DNA of 64,000 bases from Candidatus Latescibacterota bacterium (GTDB taxonomy: Bacteria > Latescibacterota > CBDEFO01): positions 1,504,001 to 1,568,000 of the forward strand of contig CBDEFO010000008.1 in the NCBI GenBank assembly GCA_965237525.1, read 5' to 3'. The notes beneath the pieces are model-generated. The model saw only the letters and a list, made by a program, of their open reading frames with translations. It was not told the origin of the DNA and did no database searches. The translations under genes and the position numbers were made by a program. This document shows, piece by piece, positions 41,151 through 52,107 of the stretch (its first letter is position 1; each line of letters begins with the position of its first letter).

Positions 41151-42380
41151 ATGGCCGATGAGAGTAAGACTCTGCTCTTCGTGGACGATGAGCAGAGCAT
41201 ACTAACCTCGCTTCGGCGCCTGCTGCGCAAGGAGGACTGGAATTTGCTCTTTGCGGACAGCGGCGCCAATGGGCTGGAGATTCTGAAGGAGCATCAGGTG
41301 GACCTGGTGGTCTCGGACCTGCGGATGCCGGGTATGGACGGGATGGTGTTCCTGAAGCAGGTGAAAGACCTCTATCCCCATATTGTGCGGATTATCCTTA
41401 GTGGATATGCGGATCAGGAGATGGTGACGCAGGCGCTGTCCGAGGAATACGCGCATCAGATACTTCCCAAACCGTGGGAGGAGGAAGATGTGAAAGAGGT
41501 CATTCGGAACGCCCTCAACCAATCCGAGAAGCAGAAGCGCCAGCGGCTCCAGCAGATCATTAACTCTCTCCCATCTCTGCCCACGCTGCCGCAGATCTAT
41601 CTGAAAATCAGTGAGATTTTAGAGGATTCGTCCAACAGGTCCACGGACCGGATCGTGGAGGTGATCCAGCGCGACCCGTCGATCTCGGCCAGGCTCCTGC
41701 ACTGTGCCAACTCCGCCTTCTTCGGTCAGATGTATCAGGTAGATACCGTGAAGAAGGCCGTGGTGGTTCTGGGGATGCAGATAGTCGAAGCTCTGGTGCT
41801 TTCGATGTCGGTATTTGACTCGCTTTCATCCGGGACACCAGAGGTCCCGCGCTTCAACCGCAAGGCGTTCTGGATGCATTCGATTGGCTGCGGCATTGTT
41901 GCAAAGCTAACCGTTGAAGAAGCATCTATGGATCAAAATATAGCTAACAGGGCATTTACTGCGGGGCTGCTGCACGATCTGGGGAAGCTGGTGGAGGACC
42001 AATACCTCCACGACCAATTTGAGAAGGCTATTGGCATCGCCCATCAGAAAAAGGTGTTGCTGCAGCAAGCGGAGCAGGAGGTGATGGGAACCACACACAC
42101 GGAGATCGGCGCCTATCTAGGGAAGTGGTGGAGCCTTCCGTCTTTCTTAGTGAACGCCATCCGGTGGCACCATACAGCGCACTTGTGCGATGAAGATCAT
42201 GAAGTCGTTGCTGCGGTGCACGTGGCCGATGTGCTGGTGCACCAGTTGGAGATCGGGGCAAGTGGGAATTTCTGTTCTCCCAGTGCAAATGCCGAAAGCT
42301 GGTCTCGATTTGGTCTTTCCGAAGATTGGCTGTCATCCACCCAAGCTATAGTCGAACGTAGCATCGAGAGAATACGTTGA
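41151..42380 (+). CDS. Response regulator with HDOD domain
   Basis: REC (FVDDE, SDLRMPGMDG, PKPW); LPTLP, ANSAFFG, FWMHS, GLLHDLGK. Confidence 0.93.
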   Translation: MADESKTLLFVDDEQSILTSLRRLLRKEDWNLLFADSGANGLEILKEHQVDLVVSDLRMPGMDGMVFLKQVKDLYPHIVRIILSGYADQEMVTQALSEEYAHQILPKPWEEEDVKEVIRNALNQSEKQKRQRLQQIINSLPSLPTLPQIYLKISEILEDSSNRSTDRIVEVIQRDPSISARLLHCANSAFFGQMYQVDTVKKAVVVLGMQIVEALVLSMSVFDSLSSGTPEVPRFNRKAFWMHSIGCGIVAKLTVEEASMDQNIANRAFTAGLLHDLGKLVEDQYLHDQFEKAIGIAHQKKVLLQQAEQEVMGTTHTEIGAYLGKWWSLPSFLVNAIRWHHTAHLCDEDHEVVAAVHVADVLVHQLEIGASGNFCSPSANAESWSRFGLSEDWLSSTQAIVERSIERIR

Positions 42381-42398
42381 ACCCTATGTATTTTCTAA

Positions 42399-42835
42399 AT
42401 GCTTATAAGGAGATCAGGTGGTACGGTTATCCGCTGGATCGAGGGCGAGGATGATCCTTCTATGGCAAACGCGATTCAGCGTGTACTACGAAAGCTAGAT
42501 TTGAAACGATTATCGCATCGGATGGGTTCTTTATGGGCGCTCTGCTGGGGACTTTTTCACCTGCTGTCACAACACTTGATCTCAAAATGCCCGGCCCGAG
42601 TTGACTCGAAGTCGTCAAATTCGTCCGAAAAAATGAGGCCTTGAAAAACGTCAAGATTCTGGTTGTCTCAGGGATGCCGCGGGAGGAACTGAAAGAAGCC
42701 CTTGCCGCGGGAGCCGACGACATCCTAGAAAAGCCGTTCAAGGACGAGGATCTGCTGGAGAAGGTGTCGAGGTTAGCCGGTGTCAAGGGACTGGACAAGA
42801 GTGCAGATTGGAGGGAAAGCTATGCGACCCAATAA
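42399..42835 (+). pseudogene. Fragmented response regulator receiver gene
   Basis: DDPSMANAIQRVL, LDLKMPG and ILVVSG...GADDILEKPF are split by a frameshift and a stop. Confidence 0.7.
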
Positions 42836-43004
42836 CACAGACGTACAGAAGAGACTCTTGTGTGTGGACGACGAGAAAGGGGTGGTTGTGGCCCTATGCC
42901 GCCTGCTTCACCTCCTGTTGTATCGCGTCCTCACTGCCAGGGATGGAGAGGAAGAGCTCCTCGTAGCCCCTACGGAGCGCCCCGACCGTAAGCGGGGTTT
43001 GGCC

Positions 43005-44039
43005 ATGGCAAGAAGCGTCATCCGTGCCTTGTTGCTGGCGTTGGTAATGATAGCCGGTTGGGCCGATACTCCCGCACAGGCGAAGGAGGCGCTCCCGTCC
43101 GACCTGACGGAATTGAGCCTTGAGGAGCTGATGGAGCTTGAGATCATTCCGACAAACGTCATGGGGATCCATATCCATCGGGCTGATGAATGGATGCTCG
43201 GCTACAAGTTCAGGTTCATGAGGATGGACGGGAATCGAGACGGAACCGATAGAAAAAGCGAGGACGATGTCCCCCAAGACTTCATGGTTGCCCCGACCGA
43301 CATGACCATGGAAATGCACATGGTAGAGGTCATGTATGGAGTAACAGACGATCTTACCCTGATGGTCCTGCTCCCGTACAAGCGCCTGTCGATGGATCAT
43401 ATAACCCGAATAGGCGCTCGATTCACGACTGAGTCGGAGGGGATCGGCGATGTCCAAGCGATGGGGCACTACTCTCTCTATAGGAGTGATCCGCACTGGT
43501 TTATTCTCTTTTCCTCCCTAAGTTTTCCTACAGGTTCTATCGACGAGAAGGACGACACACCAGCCGGCCTAGATCAGAAGCTGCCCTATCCTATGCAGTT
43601 GGGTTCGGGCACATTTGGCCTTATCCCTGGCATCACATATTTGGGCCAAACGGATAACTGGAATTGGGGAGCTCATGTGATGGGGAACATCAGGCTTGGG
43701 GAAAACAGCAACGACTATACATTGGGGAATCGATACCACCTGACGACCTGGGAGACCCATAAGTTGACTGATTGGCTTAGTACCAGGGTTCGAATCGATG
43801 GGCATATTTGGGGGAATATTGACGGAGCCGATCCCGATTTGAATTCGGCGATGGTCCCAACCGCCGATCCTGATAGACGTGGCGGAAAACGCATCGATCT
43901 TTTGCTCAGTCTCGATTTTTACGTATTCAAGGGGTATTGGTCCTCAATCGAAAGCGGTTTGCCTATTTACCAATCCCTGAACGGACCACAGCTTGAGACC
44001 GACTGGCGATTGAGTACTGGGTGGCAATGGACTTTCTAA
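43005..44039 (+). CDS. Met/His-rich outer-membrane beta-barrel (transporter/MetA-pathway-like) with N-terminal DLTELSLEELM motif; in-frame REC remnant upstream (42822-43004)
   Basis: Signal peptide; VMGIHIH..EWM, MTMEMHM, GIGD, SFPTGSID, LPYPMQLGSGT; C-terminal WQWTF. Confidence 0.8.
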   Translation: MARSVIRALLLALVMIAGWADTPAQAKEALPSDLTELSLEELMELEIIPTNVMGIHIHRADEWMLGYKFRFMRMDGNRDGTDRKSEDDVPQDFMVAPTDMTMEMHMVEVMYGVTDDLTLMVLLPYKRLSMDHITRIGARFTTESEGIGDVQAMGHYSLYRSDPHWFILFSSLSFPTGSIDEKDDTPAGLDQKLPYPMQLGSGTFGLIPGITYLGQTDNWNWGAHVMGNIRLGENSNDYTLGNRYHLTTWETHKLTDWLSTRVRIDGHIWGNIDGADPDLNSAMVPTADPDRRGGKRIDLLLSLDFYVFKGYWSSIESGLPIYQSLNGPQLETDWRLSTGWQWTF

Positions 44040-44644
44040 TGATGAAGTGCTCTCGTAAGAGGTGCCTTATAGTCAGCAAGATTCTATGCCTAATCGTCTT
44101 GGTTGCTGCATGCGCGATGTTAGTTAACATGCCGTACGCTCACGCAGAATCCAGGTTGTCCCGTGAGTATCAGATCAAGGCAGCCTTTCTGTACAACTTT
44201 GCGAAGTTTGTTGAGTGGCCAGCCGAGGCGTTTGTGAATGACAGCGCCCCCATAATCTTCGGCGTTCTCGGCGAGGATCCGTTTGGCGACATTCTCGATC
44301 AGACCATCAAGGATAAAATCCTCAATAACAGGAAACTGGTGATCAAGCGAATCGAGAAATTCGAGGAGGATCAGGACCTGGCGGACTGCCACATCCTCTT
44401 CATCAGTTCGTCGGAGGAAAAGCTTCTGGAAAAGATCGTGGAGACCCTTGGAGATTTGAGTGTCTTAACGGTCGGCGAAATGAAACAGTTTGCTCAACGT
44501 GGAGGGATCATCAATTTCGTCATAAAAAGGAATAAGGTTCGTTTTGAAATCAACGTAGATGCTGCGAAGCAAGTCAGACTGAGGATCAGCTCGAAGCTCC
44601 TGAACCTCGCGAACGTCGTCACTGGAACTTGGACAAACCCATGA
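44039..44644 (+). CDS. YfiR/HmsC family (DUF4154) periplasmic regulator
   Basis: EYQIKAAFLYNFAKFVEWP, CHILFIS, VRFEIN, ISSKLL. Confidence 0.92.
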   Translation: MMKCSRKRCLIVSKILCLIVLVAACAMLVNMPYAHAESRLSREYQIKAAFLYNFAKFVEWPAEAFVNDSAPIIFGVLGEDPFGDILDQTIKDKILNNRKLVIKRIEKFEEDQDLADCHILFISSSEEKLLEKIVETLGDLSVLTVGEMKQFAQRGGIINFVIKRNKVRFEINVDAAKQVRLRISSKLLNLANVVTGTWTNP

Positions 44645-44705
44645 TCTGATTTCGATTTGAGAAACCGACGAAACTGTTGTTAAAACAAGCCTCAGGAAGA
44701 GTAAT

Positions 44706-46319
44706 ATGCCCATCTTTCGAGATATATCTATCAAGCGGAAATTAAGGCTGATTATCATGCTGACAAGTACCTTCGCTTTGCTGTTGGCTTGCATGGCGTT
44801 TGTTATGTACGATCTGATCGCATTTCGACATGCGATGGCGCGCGAGCTTTCGATCCTGGCAGAAATCATCGGTGCCAATAGCACGGCTGCCCTATCCTTC
44901 GACCATCAGAGGGCCGCAGAGGAGATACTGGCGGCGCTGAGCGCCGAGCAACACATCGTCTCCGCCTGTATTTACGCGCAGGACGGGAGGGTGTTCGCCA
45001 AGTACCATCGCGGTGAGGTGAACAAGGGCTTCTCGCCGCCCGGACTTCGAGAAGACGGCCACTATTTCGGAGACGATCATCTGGTTCTGTTTCAACGGAT
45101 CATGCTCAAGGACGAGAAGATTGGCACGGTCTACATCCAGGCTGACATACAAGAGCTGTATTCTCGCTTAAAGCGGTACGTCGGCATCGGCGCCATCGTC
45201 ATGTTGGTGTCCTCCTTTCTGGCCTTCTTGCTGTCGTCAAAACTTCAACAAGTGGTCTCCAAACCGATTTTGCTATTGGCGCAGACGGCGAGAGTCGTTT
45301 CGGTCGAGAAGAACTATTCGGTCCGAGCGACGAAGCACAGCCAGGACGAGGTGGGGCTCCTCATTGAAGCGTTCAACGAGATGTTGACCCAGATCCAGGA
45401 GCGGGATACAGCTCTGCAAGAAGCTCGCGACAGTCTGGAAGAACGGGTGAAGGAGCGTACGGAGGAGTTGGAGGAGGTAAATCAACAGCTCAAGCAGAAT
45501 CAGGCCCAGTTGGTGCAATCCGAGAAGATGGCTGGCCTCGGTCTGCTTGCGGCAGGTGTGGCTCACGAGATCAACAATCCTGTGGGGTACGTGATGAGCA
45601 ACTTGGGGATCCTGACGGAATATGTTGAGATATTCAAGCAGCTCCTGATCAAGTACAATATCCTGGCAGAGGCCGTGCAGGCCGGAAATGGCACCGATCA
45701 GCAGGAGACGCTGGATCGGATCGAGGAGATTCGCCAGGAGGAGGATCTAGATTACCTTCTGGAGGACGTCGATCAGCTCCTTTCGGAGTCCGCTGAGGGG
45801 ACACAGCGAGTGAAGGAGATCGTGGAGGGGCTGAGGAATTTTGCCAGGGTAGATGAGGCGGACCTGAAGGAGGCAGACATCAACGAGGGGATCGAGTCGA
45901 CGCTGAAGGTGATCTGGAACGAACTTAAGTATAAGTGCGAGATCCACAAGCAGCTGGGTGAGATCCCTCCGATCCGCTGCTATCCGAGGCAGCTTAACCA
46001 GGTGTTTATGAATCTGCTGGTGAACGCAGCCCAGGCGATTCCAGAGCGTGGGGAGATCCAGATCGAGACGGAGGCTACAGATACCCACATTGTCATTCGG
46101 ATTTCGGACACGGGCACTGGGATTCCGCTGGAGGACATCTCGAAGCTCTTTGATCCCTTTTTCACAACCAAGCAAGTGGGCAAAGGGACAGGTCTGGGGC
46201 TGTCCATTTCGCACGGTATCATTCAGAAGCACAAAGGTACAATTGAGGTAGAAAGCGAGGTGGGGAAGGGGACAATGTTCACGATTCGGCTGCCGATTGA
46301 GGAGGAAAGCGATGAATAA
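44706..46319 (+). CDS. Sensor histidine kinase with CHASE8-like periplasmic domain and HAMP
   Basis: [13 protein letters not shown] (DEVG.L..AFN.M); AHEINNP, NLLVNA, FFTTK, GTGLGL. Confidence 0.92.
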   Translation: MPIFRDISIKRKLRLIIMLTSTFALLLACMAFVMYDLIAFRHAMARELSILAEIIGANSTAALSFDHQRAAEEILAALSAEQHIVSACIYAQDGRVFAKYHRGEVNKGFSPPGLREDGHYFGDDHLVLFQRIMLKDEKIGTVYIQADIQELYSRLKRYVGIGAIVMLVSSFLAFLLSSKLQQVVSKPILLLAQTARVVSVEKNYSVRATKHSQDEVGLLIEAFNEMLTQIQERDTALQEARDSLEERVKERTEELEEVNQQLKQNQAQLVQSEKMAGLGLLAAGVAHEINNPVGYVMSNLGILTEYVEIFKQLLIKYNILAEAVQAGNGTDQQETLDRIEEIRQEEDLDYLLEDVDQLLSESAEGTQRVKEIVEGLRNFARVDEADLKEADINEGIESTLKVIWNELKYKCEIHKQLGEIPPIRCYPRQLNQVFMNLLVNAAQAIPERGEIQIETEATDTHIVIRISDTGTGIPLEDISKLFDPFFTTKQVGKGTGLGLSISHGIIQKHKGTIEVESEVGKGTMFTIRLPIEEESDE

Positions 46320-48245
46320 GAAGACCGTTCTCTGTGTAGACGATGAAATCAATGTGCTGCGGGCGCTGCGACGGGAACTCATGGGTGAACCCTATGAGGT
46401 CGTTGTGGCCTCAAGCGGCCAAGAGGGGCTGGAGCACCTGGAAGCAAAGAAGATCGCGGTGGTGGTGTCTGACCACCGGATGCCCGGAATGACAGGGTCA
46501 GAGTTTCTGGCAAAGGTGCGGGAACGCTGGCCCGACACGTTCGGCATTATGTTGACGGGCTATGGCGATCTCGATACGATGACCTTGGCTGTAAATGAAG
46601 GGAAAATCCATCACTTTCTGTGCAAGCCCTGGAATTCAAACGAGCTAAAGCTGGCTGTGCGGCAGTGTATTGCTGAATTGGAAGCATCAGAAGCCGAGCG
46701 GAAGCAGGTGGGAAAGGAACAACTGGAGGAGCTGGTGAGGCATCTGCCTTATGGGGTCTGTCTGTTAGATGGGGAGCAGCGTCTGGTGCTGGTAAACTCG
46801 TCGGCACAGGAGTATCTAGCGGTACTTACAGATCCGATTCTGCTGGTGGCAGTGGGAGAGGTAGTCTCCCACATCGGTAAACATACGATTGAAGAGATAC
46901 TGGAGCCCCGTGTGGATGGGCTAATGCACGAAGTGGCAGTGGAGGGTCCGCCACAGCGGACCTTTGAAGTAGGAGCGTCTTCGATCACGAAAGGGGTGAC
47001 AGAGGGTGGATGGGTGCTGGTGTTGCGGGAGGTGACCCTGGAGAGGGAGGTCCTGGAGCGTGCGCAACAGCAGGATCGGCTGGTGGAGGTGGGTCAGTTG
47101 GCGGCAGGGATCGCCCACGACTTCAACAACATACTGTCGATCATGATGGGTTTTGCCGAGACTCTGGAGATGAGTGCAGACCTGCCTGACTCGGACAAGG
47201 AAGATCTTAGGCGCATCGTCTTGCAGGGACAGCGGGCCGCGCAACTGATCCGGCTAAGGTCCTCGACTTCAGCCGTAAGAGCGCTGTGTAGAGGCATACG
47301 GTTTACCTGGTTCCCTTCCTGAAGGAAGCAGTAAAACTGTTGGACAGGACCCTGCCAGAGACCATTCAGATTGTGGTCGAGTTCGGCACAGAAGACTATA
47401 TCGTTGAGGCAAATCTGACGCAACTGCAGCAGGTGATCACTAACCTGGCAGTCAATGCCCGGGATGCGATGCCGGAGGGAGGAGAATTGCGGGTAGGACT
47501 TTCGCGTCTGCTGCTGCGGCCGGACGAGCACCTGCCGCGTGCAGCAGCACAAGGGGCATATCGATTGCCCGAGTTGGAGCCGGGGGAGTGGGTGGTGTGG
47601 ACTGTGTCGGATACGGGCACTGGGATGCCGCCGGAAGTGATAAAGCACATCTGGGAGCCCTTCTTCACGACCAAAAGACCCGGCGAGGGCACAGGACTGG
47701 GGCTGGCGCAGGTCTACGGCATCGTGCAGCATCACGGGGGGTATATCGATGTGAAGAGTGAGGTGGAAAAGGGCACGACCTTCATGATCTGCCTACCGCA
47801 GATTGCAAAGGCGGAGGTGTCCGCTCAGCAACTGGGGACTGACATTCAGAGCGGTCGGGGTGAGACGATCCTGGTGGTCGAAGATGAGCCAGAGATGCTT
47901 CAGGTGGTCAAAGTCATGCTGGAGAGTCTGAATTACAGGGTGCACACGGCGGCCAATGGCCGGGAGGCACAGGCTGTTTACGATTCGCATCGCGACGAGA
48001 TCGCGCTGGTGTTGACAGATATGATGATGCCGGAGATGGGTGGAATGGAGCTATTCAAGGTCTTGAAGGAGAAATATCCTGGAGTCCGAGTGGTGGTGAT
48101 GACGGGGTATCCTCTAAAAGAGAGCAGAGAGTCCCAACTGCTGCCCCAAGGCGTTGCAGGATTTTTGGAGAAACCCCTACTTCTGGAACAGGTGGCGGCG
48201 GTGATAAGCGAGATGCTGAAGTGTGAGAGGCCACACGACGTATAG
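46312..48245 (+). pseudogene. Hybrid sensor kinase REC-PAS-HisKA-HATPase-REC, disrupted
   Basis: AHDFNN, then a frameshift near 47255 and an in-frame TAG near 47288; HATPase and REC continue in 47340-48245. Confidence 0.8.
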
Positions 48246-48261
48246 ACGGAGGACACCTTTT

Positions 48262-48408
48262 ATGCAGAGAATGATGGGAACTATGAGGGAATCGATCTTA
48301 ATCGCGGATGACGAACAATCGATGCGCCACCTGTTAGAGGAATATAGGGTATACGGTAGCGGAAACTGGATCGACAGAGCAGACACTATACAAGGAGCAA
48401 CACCATGA
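48262..48408 (+). pseudogene. Truncated receiver-domain fragment
   Basis: ILIADDEQSMRHLL only. Confidence 0.5.
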
Positions 48409-49277
48409 CTCGCCATACGGTACTTTTCGTGGATGACGAACCCAGCATACTGAATTCTCTACAACGTCTCTTTTACAGGGAGCCGGTTGAGGTTCTGACA
48501 GCGGCTAGTGGTGAGGAGGGTCTCCAGAAGATGGAGACCACCGAGGTTGCCTTAGTGATATCGGACTATAAGATGCCTGGAATGTCGGGAGCTGATTTCT
48601 TATCTCTTGTACGAGAGAAATATCCTGTCACCATTAGGATTCTCCTGACTGGACACGCAGACAAGAAGGTAGCAATAGAGACGATTAACAAGGGTGAAAT
48701 CTACCGGCTCTTAACCATTCCTTTTGACAATGAGGAGATACTGCTGACGGTGCGGCAGGCACTCGAGCAGTATGAATCGTCTGCTCCACTTTACCAAGAG
48801 CTAAAGCGTCGAGCCGAAGAGCTTACCAAACAGCACAACAAAGAGATGGCACTGGCAGCTGTAGGTAGGGAGGAAGACAAAACAGGAGTAATCTCGCGAC
48901 GTTTCTTCTTAGATGCAGCTTATGATGTTAGTTGTGTAACCTGCGCTTATTGTGGTCGGAAGTTTCCAGTGCAAGAAACATACGCTGTTCATCCAGGTCA
49001 TATTAAATCCCTTAGCCATCTTACCTGGGCAGAGCTCAGTATTAGAAGAATAGATGATGAAAAGGGATGTTTTTGCAGGCAACACGCCTCATGGGCGAGG
49101 GAGCATAGCCTTGATATCCATCATTGTTCAAGTTTGATAGATCAGATAGCTAATGCTATATCTGATCATGTTAATCATGGTAACCCAACTTATCTGAGTC
49201 AAAGAGAGGAAACTGTGAGTGAAGATGAGCTACTCGCTCGATTTCAGTCAAAAGGGAAGTACTCTAATCATAGATGA
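48405..49277 (+). CDS. Response regulator with unknown Cys/His-containing C-terminal domain
   Basis: REC (FVDDEP, SDYKMPGMSG, LLTG); CVTCAYC and CFCRQH. Confidence 0.8.
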   Translation: MTRHTVLFVDDEPSILNSLQRLFYREPVEVLTAASGEEGLQKMETTEVALVISDYKMPGMSGADFLSLVREKYPVTIRILLTGHADKKVAIETINKGEIYRLLTIPFDNEEILLTVRQALEQYESSAPLYQELKRRAEELTKQHNKEMALAAVGREEDKTGVISRRFFLDAAYDVSCVTCAYCGRKFPVQETYAVHPGHIKSLSHLTWAELSIRRIDDEKGCFCRQHASWAREHSLDIHHCSSLIDQIANAISDHVNHGNPTYLSQREETVSEDELLARFQSKGKYSNHR

Positions 49278-49405
49278 GAGAGATTCTAATAAGATAAAAA
49301 GCTCGAGTACTATTACGAATAGCTACATTAGGGGGTGGCAGAACCTTAAAGTTCTCCATACAATTGCGTCGATGTCTAAGGGTCTTTAAGAGTGGCTTTG
49401 TCTTT

Positions 49406-49555
49406 GGTAATGCAGGGGAAAACTGCACTTGGAAAATTAACAATTTGTTGATCTGTGGCGATATCTGAGATATGAAAAGTCCTCTGGCGGCGGAAGAACA
49501 ATTTTGAGCTGCGTAAGAGTGGTCAGGTGCCCTGTTGTACGGACAGATTGTCCAT
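49406..49555. repeat. Diverged direct repeat, copy 2
   Basis: See 39646-39805. Confidence 0.55.
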
Positions 49556-49736
49556 AAAGCTAACTACCATACTTTGGGAAAAGACTCGAATTACGCCTCA
49601 AGAGATAGTATGGGGGGAGGTTTTGCCGGATAGAAGACTTATCCAACGGCATGGGTAATTCAGTTCAAAAGAGAATTTTCGTTCTTGACAAGAAATCTCC
49701 ATATGGTTATCTTTATGTGGTTTGAAACTTCGGAAA

Positions 49737-49933
49737 TGAACTCTTTAACCCTGACGACTTCAGCACAACTAAGATAAATTGACTTTCGGACCCCGTCCGT
49801 TTCCTTCATACCCGCTATGGTGGGTATTGCCAGTGGGAGCATCCCGCAAGCTTGATGTAGGTTCACACGCAAGCAGGGATAACGGGTATGGAGAAATGCC
49901 CATGTTGTAGGCAGCGTTCAGGTGGAGGAGTCA
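49737..49933 (+). ncRNA. ssrS: Probable 6S RNA
   Basis: TTGACA-17-TATCTT promoter at 49685-49713; about 197-nt rod in which 49737-49770 pairs with 49904-49933; central bubble with a possible 3' hairpin. Confidence 0.45.
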
Positions 49934-50013
49934 GAGCCGAATGCGTCGCGGTAACGCTCTGGGGTAGGAACTTGGATCGTGGATAGTTTCGGGTCGGATA
50001 ATCGTTCCAGTCA

Positions 50014-50124
50014 CTAGAGGAATGCCCCGATAACGTAGCTTAAAATAGCGCAGACGATGCCGATTATTAGATAGGTTATTATCTGCTGCCGCTTCTTATA
50101 TGTCCAACGGTCAAATTCAGCCAT
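50014..50124 (-). CDS. 36-aa single-TM small protein
   Basis: MAEFDRWTYKKRQQIITYLIIGIVCAILSYVIGAFL; start overlaps the upstream stop (ATGGCTGA). Confidence 0.55.
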   Translation of the reverse strand: MAEFDRWTYKKRQQIITYLIIGIVCAILSYVIGAFL

Positions 50125-50335
50125 CTGATCCGTTATCCTTGCTATTGGATCTCCTCAAAAATTCCAGTAGCAAAAAAGAGATTGAAACCAGGCTAACAGC
50201 CTTTGTGAAGTTCAAAAACCCCGCCGGCGTGACAGTAAACAGGAACACCGGAAGGACGTTTATGGAAGTCAAAAGGCCTATGAGAAAGCTCAGTACTGCC
50301 AAGGCCATGAAAAACTGTGCGACATGTATTAACAT
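50117..50335 (-). CDS. 72-aa two-TM protein, single-unit paralogue of the 21786-22700 repeat
   Basis: AQFFMALAVL...VFLFTVTPAGFLNFTKAVSL...SFLLLEFL; GGGAGG RBS. Confidence 0.8.
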   Translation of the reverse strand: MLIHVAQFFMALAVLSFLIGLLTSINVLPVFLFTVTPAGFLNFTKAVSLVSISFLLLEFLRRSNSKDNGSDG

Positions 50336-50523
50336 AGCTTCCCTCCCTCTTTTAACAGAATGGCTTGATGTCCCTTCTGTGCGACAATTCTTAACCTGTC
50401 ATCTATAAATTTAATAACTGTTCATAAAAAAGCAAGTAAAATCCTTCAAAGTTGACTCCTGGTTCTTGACGAGAAAATAAGGCAGAGTACCCAATATCGT
50501 CACGTAATAAAAAGGCAGTTGCC

Positions 50524-51052
50524 ATGAGCCGGAAATCTATCCTGATAGTCGATGACGAAGTCTATATGCGCGATATGTTGTTCAAATACTTCGAAGGTGA
50601 GGGGTACGACATTACTCTGGCCGAAAGTGGATTTGAGGCGTATAAGCGTGCTAAAGATACCAAATTCGAACGTCGGACTTATAGATTTTCGAATGCCCGG
50701 AATGAACGGGATAGAGCTCACGAAGCTGCTTGTGAACAAAGATCCGCAAATTGTCTTAATAATCATGACCGGTTATCCCAGCGCAGAGTCCACAGCTGAT
50801 GCGACAAAGCTCGGGGTCTACGCCTATATGACAAAGCCTTTCAGGCTCATAGATATGGGCAGAGTCGTAGAACAGGGTCTTAAGGAAAGGGATCTTCAAG
50901 CTGAAAATAGGCTCCTCAGAAAGAAGCTTCAAGAAGCCCAAGAGGAGCTTAAGAAGCAGAAAGACCTGGACAAAGCTTCTGAGGCCAGCTCCGATAAGAT
51001 GTCTGAAGGTGACATTACGGTCGAAGGCCTGAAGCCCTGGCAGAATTCCTAG
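50524..51052 (+). pseudogene. Response regulator with a +1 frameshift
   Basis: ILIVDDE...TKF, an extra A near 50670 (TTCGAACGTC), then GLIDFRMPGMNG...TKPF. Confidence 0.8.
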
Positions 51053-51193
51053 CAGTTGACAGGATACACATATCCAGAGGTAATGTGTCGCGCCACGGAG
51101 GAGGCCTTAAATCACATGATAACTATGGGATTCAATTAACACTACACGGTGGGCGACATCGCAGAAGCAATTAGCAAGGTTGCCCATGAGTTG

Positions 51194-51229
51194 AAAAGAT
51201 AGAGGGAAAAGGTAACCTCGACCCTCTAT
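51194..51229 (-). terminator. Terminator downstream of parB
   Basis: ATAGAGGG...CCCTCTAT stem followed by CTTTT on the - strand. Confidence 0.55.
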
Positions 51230-51240
51230 TTAACGGTTCT

Positions 51241-52107
51241 TCAGGCTTCTCCTCTTATTTTCTCTAAAACCCTTTCAAGATCCTTATCTCCATAGAATTC
51301 GATCTCTATCTTTCCCTTTTTGCCCCTTTTGGATATTCTGACGGCTGTGCCGATTAGCCTTTGGAGTTCCTCTTCGATGGTGACGAGGAAGGGGTCTTTG
51401 GTCCTTCTTTGTCTTAACCTCTTAATCCTTGCCCCGGACGACCAGGCTTTGGAAAGCTGTTCCACTTTTCTGACAGATAGTTCTTCTTTGATAGTCTTTC
51501 GGCAGAGCTCGATCTGGTCATCTTCGTCGCTTAGGGAGAGGATTGCCCTTGCGTGACCCATCGAAAGTTGGCCGCTCAAGATAGCTTCCTGGATTTCCAT
51601 AGGAAGACGTAAGAGCCGAAGCAGATTTGCCACTGTGGATCGGTCCTTTCCTACCTTGCTTGAGACCTCCTCCTGCGTCAGGTTGCACTGCTGTATCAGT
51701 GCCCGATATGCCTTAGCCTCTTCGACTGGATTGAGATCCTCTCTCTGTATATTCTCTATTAGCGAAAGTTCCATCATATCTTCAAAAGGGGCGACTTCTA
51801 CTACGATGGCAGGGATGGTATCTATCCCCGCATCTTGAGTGGCTCTCAGCCTCCTTTCTCCCATTATCAACTGATAGCCCTGCCCGAAGGGCCTTACAAC
51901 GATGGGCTGGATGACCCCCCTTTTGAGTATGGACTCTTTCAGTTCCTCTAAACCCTGGGAATCAAAGTCTGCGCGGGGCTGATAGGGATTCGGGCTGATC
52001 TGGGACACCTTCAAATGAGCTATATCTTTGCCCTTGACCTCTGGAATTCCTTCTACAATTTCGGGGATCAGGGCTCCTATGCCTCTTCCGAGAGCTTTTC
52101 TATTCAT
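51241..52107 (-). CDS. parB: Chromosome partition protein ParB
   Basis: [35 protein letters not shown]. Confidence 0.96.
   Translation of the reverse strand: MNRKALGRGIGALIPEIVEGIPEVKGKDIAHLKVSQISPNPYQPRADFDSQGLEELKESILKRGVIQPIVVRPFGQGYQLIMGERRLRATQDAGIDTIPAIVVEVAPFEDMMELSLIENIQREDLNPVEEAKAYRALIQQCNLTQEEVSSKVGKDRSTVANLLRLLRLPMEIQEAILSGQLSMGHARAILSLSDEDDQIELCRKTIKEELSVRKVEQLSKAWSSGARIKRLRQRRTKDPFLVTIEEELQRLIGTAVRISKRGKKGKIEIEFYGDKDLERVLEKIRGEA

Noticed and set aside
42780..43004. Genuine REC-barrel fusion protein (419-aa ORF)
   Set aside because: The REC part stops before the phospho-Asp and a signal peptide begins at 43005; this is read as a deletion scar in frame by chance.
49920..50045. 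RNase P RNA-like words (GGTAACGC, CTAGAGGAATG, GCTTA)
   Set aside because: There is no GAGGAAAGTCC or P4 pairing, and part of the segment is better explained by the 36-aa ORF on the - strand.
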